From: an uncultured cyanobacterium
GTDB taxonomy: Bacteria > Cyanobacteriota > Cyanobacteriia > Leptolyngbyales > Leptolyngbyaceae
Length of the DNA stretch: 64,000 nt
Assembly (NCBI GenBank): GCA_963766075.1
Contig: CAVYAN010000012.1
Coordinates: 1-64,000 of the forward strand
Direction: 5' to 3'
In this document: positions 19,694 to 31,341 of the stretch, one piece after another
Numbering within the stretch: position 1 is the stretch's first letter
Layout of the letters: the number at the start of each line of letters is the position of its first letter
The notes under the pieces: model-generated
Seen by the model: only the letters and a program-made list of their open reading frames with translations
Told to the model about the DNA's origin: nothing
Database searches by the model: none
Program-made: the position numbers and the translations under genes

Positions 19694-22331
19694 TTATCGA
19701 TTGAGTAATCGCAAGAGTTGTTTGATTTTGTTTTTTTGTTTGGCTTTCATCGATTCGGGGAAGCGTAACTCCATTACGACGCGATCACCGGGATCCACAC
19801 CAAATACGTCGGATTCAGCCGATCGCTCTCGGGGGGATACTTCCACTGTCTGCACCTTTGCGAGCAGGCTTTGGGGGTTGGTGTCGTCGGCATGGGTGGC
19901 AATGAGTAACCCCAGGATCGGGCGATCGTGCCCTCAGGACTTCAAGATCCAGCGCAAAGGGTGTGTCGGTTAGCTCCAATCGGATATCCTGCATCCCCAT
20001 TTCAGAGACAACGGCATGGTAGGAATGCCCCTCCCAGCCCTCCCAGTAGAGCCGCGCTGGGGCATTAATTTGTTTGCGGACTCTGACTCCGACTTCTGGA
20101 GTGAACTGCTGGAACACCCGTTGCAAACTGGTCGCGATGAATTTTAGCGAGGCTAGAGGGTTATCGGTTTCGGTTCGTTCCTGTGAGTACCACTGATTCA
20201 CATCCGAAAAGATGACGATCACCAAATCATCCAGTTGGGTTCGGCTGGGTTGAAGGAAATTCACTGAAAGCAGGGTTTTCAAATCTTGGGTGGCGATTGC
20301 CCGCACAATGCGCGCATCCAGCAACACCCGTGCTCCATAATCACCCACCAACTCTATCCGAACTTCATCGGGAATATTGGGCCAAACATCCAGTAGGATT
20401 TGGCAACCGGACTCGCTGATGTTGATGGTCTTACCGACCCAGCTTTCATGGCCACTGTGAACGGTCGCCTCAATTTGGCGAGGCATACGGTGTGATTTGC
20501 GCAGTTGAGGCTGCTCAAACGCCACTAAGCAGGCCGCCAGCAGTAGCACCAGGTTGAATACACACCACAGTGCATTAATCAGTACTGCCTGGGTATCTAG
20601 CGGATTAAACACCAACCAAAATGGGATCATCAAAAGCGCGGTGGCCGTAAGCACCGCCAAAATCACCAGATAGCGCACGCTGTCCAAATCAAAACTGCGT
20701 TCCGTGACGGTCAGGCCCTTATCTGTCACGTTAAAGCTGCCCAGTTTGGGATTCACCAAGGCCAGCAGGGTGACAATTCCCGCCTGAAAAGACATGGCAA
20801 ACTCGTAAATTTCATTCCAAAATGAAAATCGGACGTGCTTGTACGGAATATGGTTGACATGCATGGATAGCAAAATGTGGGGCAACGCATAAAACAGCGT
20901 GTCTAGTCCCAATCCTTTGACGGAGTTGACGCCTAACAGCAGATACAGTGTGGGGGCCAACACGTACATTAACCGGGGAAACCCAAAGAAAAAGTGCGAT
21001 GTAGCGCTGAAATAGCAAATGCGCTGGGGCACCGTGAGCTTGAGCTTGGGGTTCAGCAGGGGATTTTCTACTCGTAAGATTTGCGCCATGCCCCGCGCCC
21101 AGCGGACCTGTTGCCCTACATAGGCGGAAAATCGTTCGGGGGCTAGACCCGCCACCATGATCTTGTCATAGTAGACAGTTTCATAGCCCAGGGAATGGAG
21201 ACGTAGGGAGGTATGGCAGTCTTCCGTGACGGTTTCGGTGGCGATACCGCCAATTTCCAGCACATGCTGCCGCCGAACTACGGCAGCGGAACCACAGAAA
21301 AACGCTGCATTCCAGTAGTCGTTGCCCTTTTGCAGGACCTTATAGAACAATTCGTTGCCTACGGGGATGCGCCCATTGGTGAGCAAATTACGCTCAAAGG
21401 GATCGGGGTTGTAAAACCAGTGGGGAGTCTGTACTAGGGCGACTTTGGGGTTGAAAAAAAAACCAACCGTGGCTTGTAGCAAACTGCGGGTTGGAATGTG
21501 GTCACAGTCTAGGATCAGCACCAAATCCCCGTGGGTTTTTTTTAGAGCAGTGTTGATGTTGCCGGCTTTGGCATGGTCGTTATCATCGCGGGTGAGCATC
21601 GTGCAGTGTAGGTCGTCGCACATCTGCTGCAATTCGGCGCGGCGGGCTTTATATTTTTCGGCCCGTCCATCGTCCAGGATATAGACCTGTTTCTTAGCGG
21701 CGGGATAGTCGATTGCCAGGGCTCCTAATGCGGTTTTGCGAACGATTTCGACGTCTTCGTTATAGGTGGGAATGTAAATATCGACCGAGAACCATTGGTC
21801 GATGGGAATGCCTGATAGGTCTACAGAGGTGCGATCGTTGAGTTTAAGGGTTTGAAAATAGGATAGAAAGAGGACGGCGATCGCATAAAATTCTGCCAGG
21901 AGTAATAGCAGGCAAAAGATGCCGTCCAGCCAGTTATCAAAACTAAGCGTATAGTTGGTGCGGTAGTACCAATAGCGGAGGGTGGTCAAAGCACTCAAAG
22001 CAATCAAAAACAGGTGCAGTAACTCACTGGTGTGTTTGTTGGTTTGGTTCTCTTCTAGGCGCAATATCCAGGTTCCGGCCCCAATCAGCAGCCCCGCCAA
22101 AGCGCCCTGCTCCCATGTCCCCAAACGTGTTGTCAAGAGTGGCACCGAAAGACAGGCTACGGCACTGAGGGCCAACCAAAATTCCCATGGGCCAAAGTGA
22201 CGCAGGCTGCGATCAAAGGCCCGGGGCACCTGCTCCGTTAACCAGTAAGTCACATCTTTTTGTTTTGGCAGCCGCTTGCGCAATTGGTGACGCAATGGAT
22301 GGGGGGCAAGCTTGGGGGAAATTCGAGCCAT
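19694..22331 (-). CDS. bcsA: Cellulose synthase catalytic subunit (GT2 + PilZ), +1 frameshift at about 19932
   Basis: PTYNE, DDG, HAKAGN, DCD, QTPH, FFCGS, TED, QQVRW; PilZ RKSHR and NISESG. Removing one base at about 19932 extends the frame (HDRPILGLLI...LLRLLNR*) to TAA at 19694. Confidence 0.93.
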
Positions 22332-22436
22332 GGGTTAACGCTTAGCAGGGGGCGGGAGATGGGCAGCGGAGCGGTTGACGAACAGGGTGGAGGAACTGGA
22401 GCATCTGCCCTTTTGCGCTCATCATTTCTTGACGCA

Positions 22437-24842
22437 TCACTTCTTCACTATTTTGGCATCTAAGTCGGTTTCGGGCTGGTTTGGTGGGGAGCTGATCTCT
22501 TTGCGGCCTAGACGCTTCAAATAGGACTGGAAGATGCCGTAGAGGAAGAGGGCGGCGAGGAGCGTGCCGGGAGCCAGGAGAAACCACCGACTGCGGAAGG
22601 CGTCCAAAAGCCTTTCTTGGAGGCTGCGATCGGTAATTTCTTGCTTGCGCGGAGCGCGGGTCAGAAATTCCATCGTGTAGGCTTGGGCATCGTAGGGGGA
22701 GGGGTTATAGAGATTGGCTTTAACGAGGGCGGTGTCTTCTCGCAGTTGAAAAAATAAATCGTCGCGGCTGAATACATCGCGTACTTGTTTTAAGCCTGCC
22801 TCAGTTTGTCCTGACAGAGCCAGGAGCACCCGTTGCGAATTCCAGGGTGAGACAATTTGTTTAATGACGCCCTGATCATCAGGGAGGGTAGCGATTTCGC
22901 TATTGTCTCGTTTCCGCGCAAATAGGTCTTGCAGGGCAAATCCACCCGTTGCGGTAAAGGCTTGGGGGATGGGAAAGTTGGCTTGGGTGCCGATCGCCAC
23001 TAGGTTTTTGGTTTGTTTTTCTGGTTCGGGTAACTTGTTGGCGCGATAGACGTTGAACTGGACGGATTCAGCACGGCTCAGGCGGCCTAGCCGTTCGGCA
23101 AATTCCAGGAGCAGGAGGACGTCGGTGGCGGTGGGTTGGTCGGGCAGGGCGATCGCAGTGCTGGATAAGTCCTGCGGGGCCGCAAAGGGAAAGCCATATT
23201 GCAGCAGGTGCAAATCGGGAATTTGGGCACCTTGGTGACGGTTCAGTTCAAATTGGGTGTCGGCGTGGACGGTGGCCCACAACTGCTGATCGGTGGCACG
23301 GTTGCAAGAGCGCCGCTCCCGAGGATCCAACTGAAAGCGGAATTGCAGTTTCGAGTAGGGTTTAATGCGCTCGATCGGGAGGGGAATGGTGAGGCGATCG
23401 CGCAAGGCTCCTTTGTCTGAATCCAGGCGCTTGCCGAGGATGGGCACACCATCTAGCTGCACCTCCACCATGGATGTCAGCGTATTCACTTGGGCGCTAT
23501 AGCTGTACTGCAAGTTCACAGTACTATCCGGATCAAAGCGATCGTCGGGTAACGCTTTGAAATCCACTTCCACGACGGGGGCATCCGCGCCACGCACGGT
23601 AATATCGGAAAGAGGCTTGTTGTTGTAGTCTTTCAGATCCTGGAGTTGGAAGCGATTTTGGACAGGCAAAAAAGCGGGCCATTCGCGGGCCGGGGGCGTA
23701 GGCACCGTATCCACCTGCTTCACCAAAATAGTTTGTCCAGTGCCAATTTGGCGATCGCGCGCCTGCACCAAAAACTGAGTGGCCTTGGTCACGCCCGCTT
23801 CGCCGTTGCCCGTTGCCACGAGGACCAGATTTTTGCCATCGGCACTGGTCGTCATCATTAACACCCCCACATCCGGGGGCAGCGGCTGCTGCTGCTGGTC
23901 TAAAACTTGCCCCTCTTTGATCGCCAGGGGTAAATTAAACTGGGTCAAGCTGGGCTGCATTTGGGGTGTACCAATCACCACCAACCGCTCACCCGGTTGC
24001 ACCGTTTCTGAGGGCTGCAGGGCGCGGGTTTCCAGCGGACGATATTGCGCCAACCGCCCTAGGGCAGAGTGCAACCGTGCCGCGCCCGTTAACCAGGCTT
24101 CGTCCATGACCGGGGGCAGCAGGTAAGCAATGCGATTGGGTTCAAGGCTGAGCGTATCAAACAAGGGATAGGGATAGCGGCTAAAATCCAGATCGATGGG
24201 CTGGGGTTGAAAATCAAATACCAGCTTGGAATCGGGCAAGACCTCAGTCCACAGCGACGGATCGAAGGGGTCTTGGGTACAGGTAGGGGAATTATTTTGC
24301 AGAGCCGCAATCACCACCTCGTTGTAATCTTGCAGGACACGGGCCGGAATGGTATAAACCGAACTGGCGAGTTCTCCTTTCTTATAGTTCAAGGGCACGC
24401 TGCCCACGTTGGTCCCGTTCACAATGACTGTGAGGTTGGATCGGGTGGCATAGAGGGCCGGTGAGTGGTGAAATCGCAATAGCAATCGGGCATCTTTGGT
24501 CCGCCAGTTGCGGGGACGGGTGAACTGAATGCGAGCTTCGTCGTAAATGCCCTGCAGTTTGAGCCGATGCCCAATCACAGGACTGCGGTTAAATTCCAGG
24601 ACATACTGCCCACCGGTAGGAGCTTGAAGAAAGGGCTTGGGGGTGGGGGCTTGGGGATCGACTTGGGGGGTGACCGCAGGGGCATCTGAAGTTTTAGTGG
24701 GCGGCACTGTGGGTGGCTCCAGTGGTGCGCCGGAATCAGTTTGAGCGTGTACCAAAGCGCCAAATCCCACAGGAAGGATCACGGCACACAGGCATATAGT
24801 CAGAATGCGGGCCTGCCGCGATGTGGCTTTGCGAATAGTCAT
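22437..24842 (-). CDS. bcsB: Cellulose synthase periplasmic subunit BcsB
   Basis: Signal peptide, repeated CBD/flavodoxin-like organisation (SNLTV..NG; PDL..L..GFPF), C-terminal TM anchor, directly upstream of bcsA. Confidence 0.85.
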   Translation of the reverse strand: MTIRKATSRQARILTICLCAVILPVGFGALVHAQTDSGAPLEPPTVPPTKTSDAPAVTPQVDPQAPTPKPFLQAPTGGQYVLEFNRSPVIGHRLKLQGIYDEARIQFTRPRNWRTKDARLLLRFHHSPALYATRSNLTVIVNGTNVGSVPLNYKKGELASSVYTIPARVLQDYNEVVIAALQNNSPTCTQDPFDPSLWTEVLPDSKLVFDFQPQPIDLDFSRYPYPLFDTLSLEPNRIAYLLPPVMDEAWLTGAARLHSALGRLAQYRPLETRALQPSETVQPGERLVVIGTPQMQPSLTQFNLPLAIKEGQVLDQQQQPLPPDVGVLMMTTSADGKNLVLVATGNGEAGVTKATQFLVQARDRQIGTGQTILVKQVDTVPTPPAREWPAFLPVQNRFQLQDLKDYNNKPLSDITVRGADAPVVEVDFKALPDDRFDPDSTVNLQYSYSAQVNTLTSMVEVQLDGVPILGKRLDSDKGALRDRLTIPLPIERIKPYSKLQFRFQLDPRERRSCNRATDQQLWATVHADTQFELNRHQGAQIPDLHLLQYGFPFAAPQDLSSTAIALPDQPTATDVLLLLEFAERLGRLSRAESVQFNVYRANKLPEPEKQTKNLVAIGTQANFPIPQAFTATGGFALQDLFARKRDNSEIATLPDDQGVIKQIVSPWNSQRVLLALSGQTEAGLKQVRDVFSRDDLFFQLREDTALVKANLYNPSPYDAQAYTMEFLTRAPRKQEITDRSLQERLLDAFRSRWFLLAPGTLLAALFLYGIFQSYLKRLGRKEISSPPNQPETDLDAKIVKK

Positions 24843-24924
24843 GGAGGTAAAATCCCCAACAAACAGATGGATGGCAACAAATGGAGGCAAAAATTGAATC
24901 GGTTGAGGCGGATGTACTACGGCC

Positions 24925-27255
24925 TTAATAGCGATCCCAGGCGGGTTGGAAACCGCGACGCTTGAGGCGATCGACCTGCAATTTGACAATGCGATCGCTC
25001 AATATTAGTTCAGGATCGGCAATCCCCTGCGCAATCTGCATCTGGCGAGCGGCTTGCAGGCGCTCTAGGGCGATAAACGGCTGATCTTGAGCCAAACTAA
25101 GTTCTGCCAAAATCCGCTGTACGTCCCAGTCGGTAGGTCTTAATGCCAGGACGCGGCTATAAATCACCTCCGCTTCTCCGTACCGCTTCTGCTGAAATCG
25201 GACGCCACCCAGGGAGGCCAAAGCTTCGATGCGGTTAGGCTGCTGCTGTAAAATCGCCTCGTAGGATTGACCGGCTAAGGCCAAGTCGCCCACGCTTTGG
25301 GCCAGTTCGCCCACGATGAAGCGGGTATCAATGGTATCGGGGGCGGTTTGGCGGAGCTGGTCAAGGCGGGCTTGGGCGGCGGGGCGATCGCGCAAAGCGA
25401 GCACTTGAATTTGGCGTTTTTGAATCGCCAGATTGCCCGGATCAATCGCGAGCAGTCGGTTGTATAACTCCTCTCGCTTGGGATCCGCCGGCAACGCCCC
25501 CACCAAGCTGAAGAGCTGTGCAGGAGGATTCATATCTGCCCCTGTTCGCAGCCATGCCTCTAGCTCCGCCTCTGCCTCTGCCTCCGAAAGGCGCTTGGCC
25601 TGGTAGGCGATCGTGGCGCGCCCCAGTTTAGCCGAGGCGTCCTGGGGATCGAGCGCCAGAATCTGGTCGTAAGCTTGCAGGGCTTGATCAATCCGCCCTT
25701 GAGCCTGACGGATGCCCGCTAGCCCGTAGAGGGCATCCTTGACAACCGCAGGGCTGGGGGAACGGGCAATCAGCGACTCATAGCGCTGGGCACTGGCATC
25801 TAGGTTATCGGTGCGCCGTTCAATTTCCGCCAGCAGTAGTTCAGCCGCCGGATCGGGTGGTCCTGGCAGAGTCGCAGTATAGCTCTGGATAGCCTGAGTG
25901 GCTCCCGCCAGATCGCCCCTTTGCAGCAGCATTTGGGCAATCCGAAAGTGCAGAAAGGGCACCGTCACGCCGTCTGAGCGCACCAGGTCTTGATAGATGG
26001 GCAGCAAGGCTGACGGGGGCGGATCGATCGGGACTAGCGACTGGGCCAGCATTTGGCGATCAGTGGCGAGGGTGGGTAAAGGTTGCAGCAGGGCTTGCAG
26101 GCGCTCGGCTTGTTCTGCCGGGGTGATCTGGCCCAACTGCCGCTCCAGCACGAGGTATTTAACCCGCAGCGTTATATTTTGAGGCTGCTGGGCGATGAGA
26201 GACTGATAAAGAGCCAAGGCTTCGGCACGGGTGGCGGGCTGCTCACTGAACACATCAGCCACTTCAGTAACCAATCCAGGCGAGGGGTTAGGGGTTTGCT
26301 GGAGGGCCTGACGGTAAAGGGCGATCGCCTCTTGGAACAGTGTGGCATTGCGGGATTGGCGGCCAATCACACTCAGCGATCGCGCCAGAGGCAAAGTCGC
26401 TGCGGGCAGATTCCGCAGGGGAGCCAGAACTTTTAACCCTTGGTCTAACTGTCCATTGGCTTGGTAGGCCATGGCCAGAGCCGTGCGGATCTCAATTTCT
26501 AAGGGACTCATGGGCTGAGCAGTGCCCGTGAACTTGGCTAGCCGACTGGCCAGCACCGTGACGGCAGTATTCGCCTGTCCAGACCCACGCAACGCTGCCG
26601 CATAGGCCGTTAAGGCATTGTCCGGCAGGGGCTTACCCGTGCTTAGATAGCGCTGAAACAGGGCCAAACTTTGGCGATAGTCACCCCCATAACTGTATAT
26701 CTGTGCTGCCTCCAAAAGGATTTGGGGCGTGGGATTGCTGTGAAACGTTGCGTCTTGAAAAATCCGATCATAGTCGGCAAAGGCTTCGGCAAAGCGCCCC
26801 TGATAACCCAGCAGCAAGGCCCGCTGCGCCAATGCTGCTAAATTAGTCGGCTCCAACTTGAGTAGTGTCGTTAGGGCGGCAATGCCCTTGGCCTGCCACT
26901 CCGGACGATAGCTCCCCAACGTGCCTACTGCCACTAGAGCGGAGCGATTATTGGGCGCTTGGGCCAAAACCCGCTGGTAGGCAGTCCAGGCATCAGTATC
27001 GCGTCCAGCTCTTTGATAGGCGATCGCAAGCCCCAGCTTGGCCTCTAGAGACGTGGGCGTTTGCCGCAGGGTTTGCTCAAACACGGCGATCGCATCATTC
27101 ACCCAGCCCTTTTGCAACAGCACGTAGCCCTGAGCCGCGGATTGGGCCTGAGCACTGGGAATTGCACCAGTCATCACACCCAGCCAGGGCAGCAGCAGCC
27201 CACTGCATAGTCCCACTAGACGCAGGGACAGGTTTTTTGTTGGCAGTCTTTTCAT
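24925..27255 (-). CDS. Exported tetratricopeptide-repeat protein (BcsC-like scaffold without a barrel)
   Basis: Signal peptide ending AQA; TPR helices throughout; 4-bp overlap with the upstream porin gene. Confidence 0.85.
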   Translation of the reverse strand: MKRLPTKNLSLRLVGLCSGLLLPWLGVMTGAIPSAQAQSAAQGYVLLQKGWVNDAIAVFEQTLRQTPTSLEAKLGLAIAYQRAGRDTDAWTAYQRVLAQAPNNRSALVAVGTLGSYRPEWQAKGIAALTTLLKLEPTNLAALAQRALLLGYQGRFAEAFADYDRIFQDATFHSNPTPQILLEAAQIYSYGGDYRQSLALFQRYLSTGKPLPDNALTAYAAALRGSGQANTAVTVLASRLAKFTGTAQPMSPLEIEIRTALAMAYQANGQLDQGLKVLAPLRNLPAATLPLARSLSVIGRQSRNATLFQEAIALYRQALQQTPNPSPGLVTEVADVFSEQPATRAEALALYQSLIAQQPQNITLRVKYLVLERQLGQITPAEQAERLQALLQPLPTLATDRQMLAQSLVPIDPPPSALLPIYQDLVRSDGVTVPFLHFRIAQMLLQRGDLAGATQAIQSYTATLPGPPDPAAELLLAEIERRTDNLDASAQRYESLIARSPSPAVVKDALYGLAGIRQAQGRIDQALQAYDQILALDPQDASAKLGRATIAYQAKRLSEAEAEAELEAWLRTGADMNPPAQLFSLVGALPADPKREELYNRLLAIDPGNLAIQKRQIQVLALRDRPAAQARLDQLRQTAPDTIDTRFIVGELAQSVGDLALAGQSYEAILQQQPNRIEALASLGGVRFQQKRYGEAEVIYSRVLALRPTDWDVQRILAELSLAQDQPFIALERLQAARQMQIAQGIADPELILSDRIVKLQVDRLKRRGFQPAWDRY

Positions 27256-28811
27256 CGGCGAAACGGCGCTCCTAGAGGAATGAGGTTAATCTCCGTTTTA
27301 ATGCGAATACCCAGGACAACTTCCGAGAATTGATCCCGCGCTTGAATCATCACTGCCCCCCGTAGGTAGGGCCGAATCGGTATATCGTAGTAAACCTCGA
27401 GCACGTCGGGGCGCTTATCACCCCGCGAACGGCGCAGATCATTATTAGATAACTGTCGCCCATAGCCAATGCCCAGGCGATCGTTGGGACGAAACAAATC
27501 TAAAAAGGTGGTGCCGAAACTATAGGTGTCGCCGCTTTCGTCCAGAGCGCTGTTTGTGTAGTGGCCATAGCGACCAAAGAAGCCCATGTTGAGCTGGGGG
27601 TTATAGTACTCGGCATTCACCCCGTAGGCATTTTCGCGATCGCCCGGGGATAATCCAAAGCGGTTCCCACCCCGATCAAACTGGAAAATCTCTTCAAAGC
27701 CGGTCTGCCGGCCCGCATCCTTAGCCGAGATATAGGTGCCCGTGATAATGAAGGTACCAATCCGCCCCGCCACCTCAGCGACAGAGCCATCCAGGGCAAA
27801 ATCACCCAGGCTGCGTCGAGACGAAAATACCCCAGCCTTCACATCCAGATTATCCGTCACGCTCCAGTTAGCGATTAACCCAGGTCGGGACGCTAACCCG
27901 GCTGCACTCAGCGCCGGATTCGTTTGAAAGACCCGATTAAAAAAGTGACTGGCGCCGTCCTTAGCAAAGCTGTTGCGATCAAAATACGAGGTGTAATCCA
28001 TCAAGCCACCAATCAGCCGAAATCTGGGCAACCAGGAGGGCGATACGGCCACATACAGCTCACTCAAGCTGAGCCCTCCATCCTGAGAGTCGGAAAACCC
28101 CCGCCCAGTGCTCCAGTCCACAACCGCCCCAAACAAAACATCCGGCGTGATCGGATACAGACCTGTTAAACGAATCCGGGTCGAAGAATCTGCTCCCTCT
28201 AGCTTATAAACGCCTTGGACTTTGAGGGTGGGCTTACCTAAAATTTCACTGCCCGCCCGCCGCACCGTTTTGTCGGTTGGATCTGGCACAGTATTACCCG
28301 GAACGCTCCCATCCAGGGCTACTTGATTCGCGGGAAGCACCTTCGGAGAGGGCTGACTCGCAGCAGTCGGATCCGCAGAGCGCTGATTTTGCGCAGAGCG
28401 CTGATTGATAGAGGTGTCACTCAGCAGCATTTCGCCTAGGGATAAGTGACTCGTCGAGGGCGCTATTACTCCACCGTCCACCCAAACTGGGAAGACCGGA
28501 GGCAAGGGCAAACTCCCAGCCAGTGGTTCAAACAAACCTTGAGCAAGGCTCGAATTCATCTCTAAACGAGTCTCTGAGGGTACCGCTAGGTGCGCAGCTA
28601 GATGAGCATCCTGAGAAGCGGGTAAATTAAAGGGTACAGACTCCGCGACCTGATCCGAGCTTGTCTGGACCACCTCTTCCGCCACGGCTTGCTCAGTCAG
28701 CAGGGCCGCAATCGCCACTGCAACCATTCCACAAACTGCTGGGAAAACGGCATAGACAATGAGCCAGGACAGACGGACGCTCTGACTCCATGTAGTTTTC
28801 TTAACGTTCAA
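27252..28811 (-). CDS. Outer-membrane beta-barrel, carbohydrate-porin (OprB)-like
   Basis: Signal peptide, disordered N-terminus, alternating beta strands; 'YFDRNSFA', 'FGRYG', 'DRLGIGYG', 'LEVYY' resemble cyanobacterial OprB porins. Confidence 0.7.
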   Translation of the reverse strand: MNVKKTTWSQSVRLSWLIVYAVFPAVCGMVAVAIAALLTEQAVAEEVVQTSSDQVAESVPFNLPASQDAHLAAHLAVPSETRLEMNSSLAQGLFEPLAGSLPLPPVFPVWVDGGVIAPSTSHLSLGEMLLSDTSINQRSAQNQRSADPTAASQPSPKVLPANQVALDGSVPGNTVPDPTDKTVRRAGSEILGKPTLKVQGVYKLEGADSSTRIRLTGLYPITPDVLFGAVVDWSTGRGFSDSQDGGLSLSELYVAVSPSWLPRFRLIGGLMDYTSYFDRNSFAKDGASHFFNRVFQTNPALSAAGLASRPGLIANWSVTDNLDVKAGVFSSRRSLGDFALDGSVAEVAGRIGTFIITGTYISAKDAGRQTGFEEIFQFDRGGNRFGLSPGDRENAYGVNAEYYNPQLNMGFFGRYGHYTNSALDESGDTYSFGTTFLDLFRPNDRLGIGYGRQLSNNDLRRSRGDKRPDVLEVYYDIPIRPYLRGAVMIQARDQFSEVVLGIRIKTEINLIPLGAPFRR

Positions 28812-30197
28812 AACACTATCCCCTTAAAGCCGATTAAAAGTCAGATAGAATCCTGGAAAGGGGCGATTTTCAGCAATTGCGCCTGAAAATTATGCCCTAG
28901 GTGGCTAGAATCTGAAGTTTCTTCCATGGATGAAACTTTTCTTCCACGTGTGAAACTTCAGCATCTTGAAACAGCGTCATCAAAAAATGCGCCCATGCCG
29001 TTTTTCCATAAGCATGACAAATTTCATCCGCATGGCAATAGTTACGTCGTAAAAATAATGAGATCCAGACGGTTTCTTTAAAAAACCAGTAAATACTTAA
29101 AAAAGTTCCAGCCTGCCGCCTCGCCTCGTGGAGCGCCTCTGGCTTGGCCCCCTGACCCAGGATGGCACTGTAGACCGCCACCGACGCCTTCCCATAGCAA
29201 CGCATCCCAAGGCATTGAGGAAAGGCTCCAATTTGGCTATGATGTTGAGCTTGATAGTGCCGACGATAGTATGGTTGACCGGCTAAGAAGTTAGTTCTTT
29301 GGCGCAAAAATTCAGTCTGAGTCATCGCAATGGGCTTCCTCAATCCTATGCGGTCCTATACAGGAGCGGTCAAAGTTTATTCATTTTATTTAATTAAGGC
29401 TAAAATCCTGGTTCCTAGCCTTGCCGAGTATACACCCGTAGCCGCTGTAGCCGCTTCAAAAGACCTGTGAAACCGATTGCCATAGACATTGCGCAGACTA
29501 TCTATACAGGCGGCTGATTGCGTGATTCTCCGAGTCGCTTGCTTCAACCTGAGGATTGCAATGACCAGCCTATGCTGTGGCCTTAGAAAATACCTATGGA
29601 TTTCTGCACCTTACTGAGGCCAGCTACTCTAAACCTCATAGCCTCACCAGAAATCACAGGGTCGGCTCTTTTATTTTTGAAACACTAAAGTTTTTCAGAT
29701 CGCTTCACTTAAAAATTCTGTAGATCACTTTACAGTGAGGACGATTCCAGGTCACCAAAAACCATACTGTTCCGAAAAGCTGCCAGCGCCCTTGCCGACT
29801 AAACAGCGAGAATTAGATCCATTGCGAACTGTAATGATGAGGTTAAACGATGATGAGGTTAAGTAGGAATAACCTGTAGTTTCTGGTAGCTTCTGGAAAC
29901 GAGATGCATCTATCTTGGAAGTGACGGCACTTGGAAATGACGGCAATTTGCCAAAAATCACCTGACTCTAACTAACTATACCATCCGGCTAATGGCAAGT
30001 TTTAGTGTTTAAGAGGGTGGAAAAGTATTCTTGGTGGGTAAAGCCGCGGCAATTTAGCAACAATTTAATATTTGGGCTTTGCACAGGGATTTACCACGAA
30101 TTACACGAGCATTTTATAAAAATACGATGAAGGGCATAGACTTTAACCTATTAGCCAAATCTACTGGATTCTATTGGTTAAGTCGATTGGCTACCCA

Positions 30198-30914
30198 TCA
30201 ATAGGGAGTGGTGCCTTGATAGGTGCTGCCATTGGGCAAAATTGCCCAATCCAGTTGGGCTGCCTCCAAATTCGTATTTTGCACAGTGGCCTGCTCCAAA
30301 TTGGCGTACCGTAAATCTGCCCCGTTGACATTGGTGTTTACCAACAGGGCTTGGATCAAAATTGTTCCATATAAACTAGCCGTCTCCAGGTTAGACCCTT
30401 CAAGATTCGCGGAGCTGAGATTGGCATCGCGGAGCTCGACTTTAGTTAAGTTCGCCTGTTGCAAGTTGGCTTTTGTCAGATTGATATTCAGCAGTTGGGC
30501 GCGGCTCAGGTTAGCACTTCGTAGGTCAGCGCCCCGGAAGTCAGCGCCCTGGGAATCAATTTCTTGCAGGTTTGCCCCTTGCAGATTGGCCCCATTTAAA
30601 TTGGAGTTGACGAGTCGGGCCCGCTCTAAGTTTGCATTGGCTAAATTGGCCTGTCGCAAGTTCACGGTGTTCAAATCCAGCCCGTTGAGATCCATGTCAC
30701 TTAGATCACAGGCAAGACACTTTTTAGTTTTTAAGAGTTGTTGAAGATTCAGGGCTTTAGAAGCGCTGGGGGCTGGTCTTGGTGTAGGTTGTAGAGGAAC
30801 TTCAGGGGATGCTTTTGCAACTGGGGCTGGTTCTACGGTTTTTTTGAACCATAGAGCGGTTATGGTTGAACACAACATAAGGGAAACAAAAGCTATAAAA
30901 ATTCTAAGTCTCAT
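30198..30914 (-). CDS. Pentapeptide-repeat protein with N-terminal signal/anchor
   Basis: A(D/N)Lxx repeats; 'LLKTKKCLACDL' cap. Confidence 0.92.
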   Translation of the reverse strand: MRLRIFIAFVSLMLCSTITALWFKKTVEPAPVAKASPEVPLQPTPRPAPSASKALNLQQLLKTKKCLACDLSDMDLNGLDLNTVNLRQANLANANLERARLVNSNLNGANLQGANLQEIDSQGADFRGADLRSANLSRAQLLNINLTKANLQQANLTKVELRDANLSSANLEGSNLETASLYGTILIQALLVNTNVNGADLRYANLEQATVQNTNLEAAQLDWAILPNGSTYQGTTPY

Positions 30915-30968
30915 TCCGCTGCACCCGAGGCATTAATTGCATGAGTCTGATTGTATGAGTAATTTGCC

Positions 30969-31325
30969 ATGACTCGTTCGCCTGTTAAAAAGATCTTGCT
31001 GCCTGCTGTGCTGGTCTCGATTGGCATCTTTGCGCTGATGATGGCCGTGTTTGCAACCCTGCGTTCCCCCGAATCGACTGCCCGGAATCGACCTCAGGAT
31101 TTAGACGAGCAAACGGAGGAGTGGATTTTGCCCGCTGAACGGGATAACCACCGGATTCGCCAAGTTGGGATGGCTTTTATTGTCAGTGTCAGTGCGGGCA
31201 TGGTAGCCGTGGAAGGCTTGCGGCGTTGGTATGCCTTCCACGAATCGGGTCAGACCAAGGCCAGACAATTGGGCTTGGAAGACTTCCTGCTGGACGAGCG
31301 ATCGCACCCGGAAGAAGAGGACTGA
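30969..31325 (+). CDS. Hypothetical two-TM membrane protein
   Basis: 118 aa, two hydrophobic segments, fills the gap between genes. Confidence 0.65.
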   Translation: MTRSPVKKILLPAVLVSIGIFALMMAVFATLRSPESTARNRPQDLDEQTEEWILPAERDNHRIRQVGMAFIVSVSAGMVAVEGLRRWYAFHESGQTKARQLGLEDFLLDERSHPEEED

Positions 31326-31341
31326 AGGGGACTGAAGCACC

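Noticed and set aside
28897..29343. 148-aa ORF upstream of the cellulose operon
   Set aside because: No recognisable motif and atypical composition; may be real but cannot be supported by eye.
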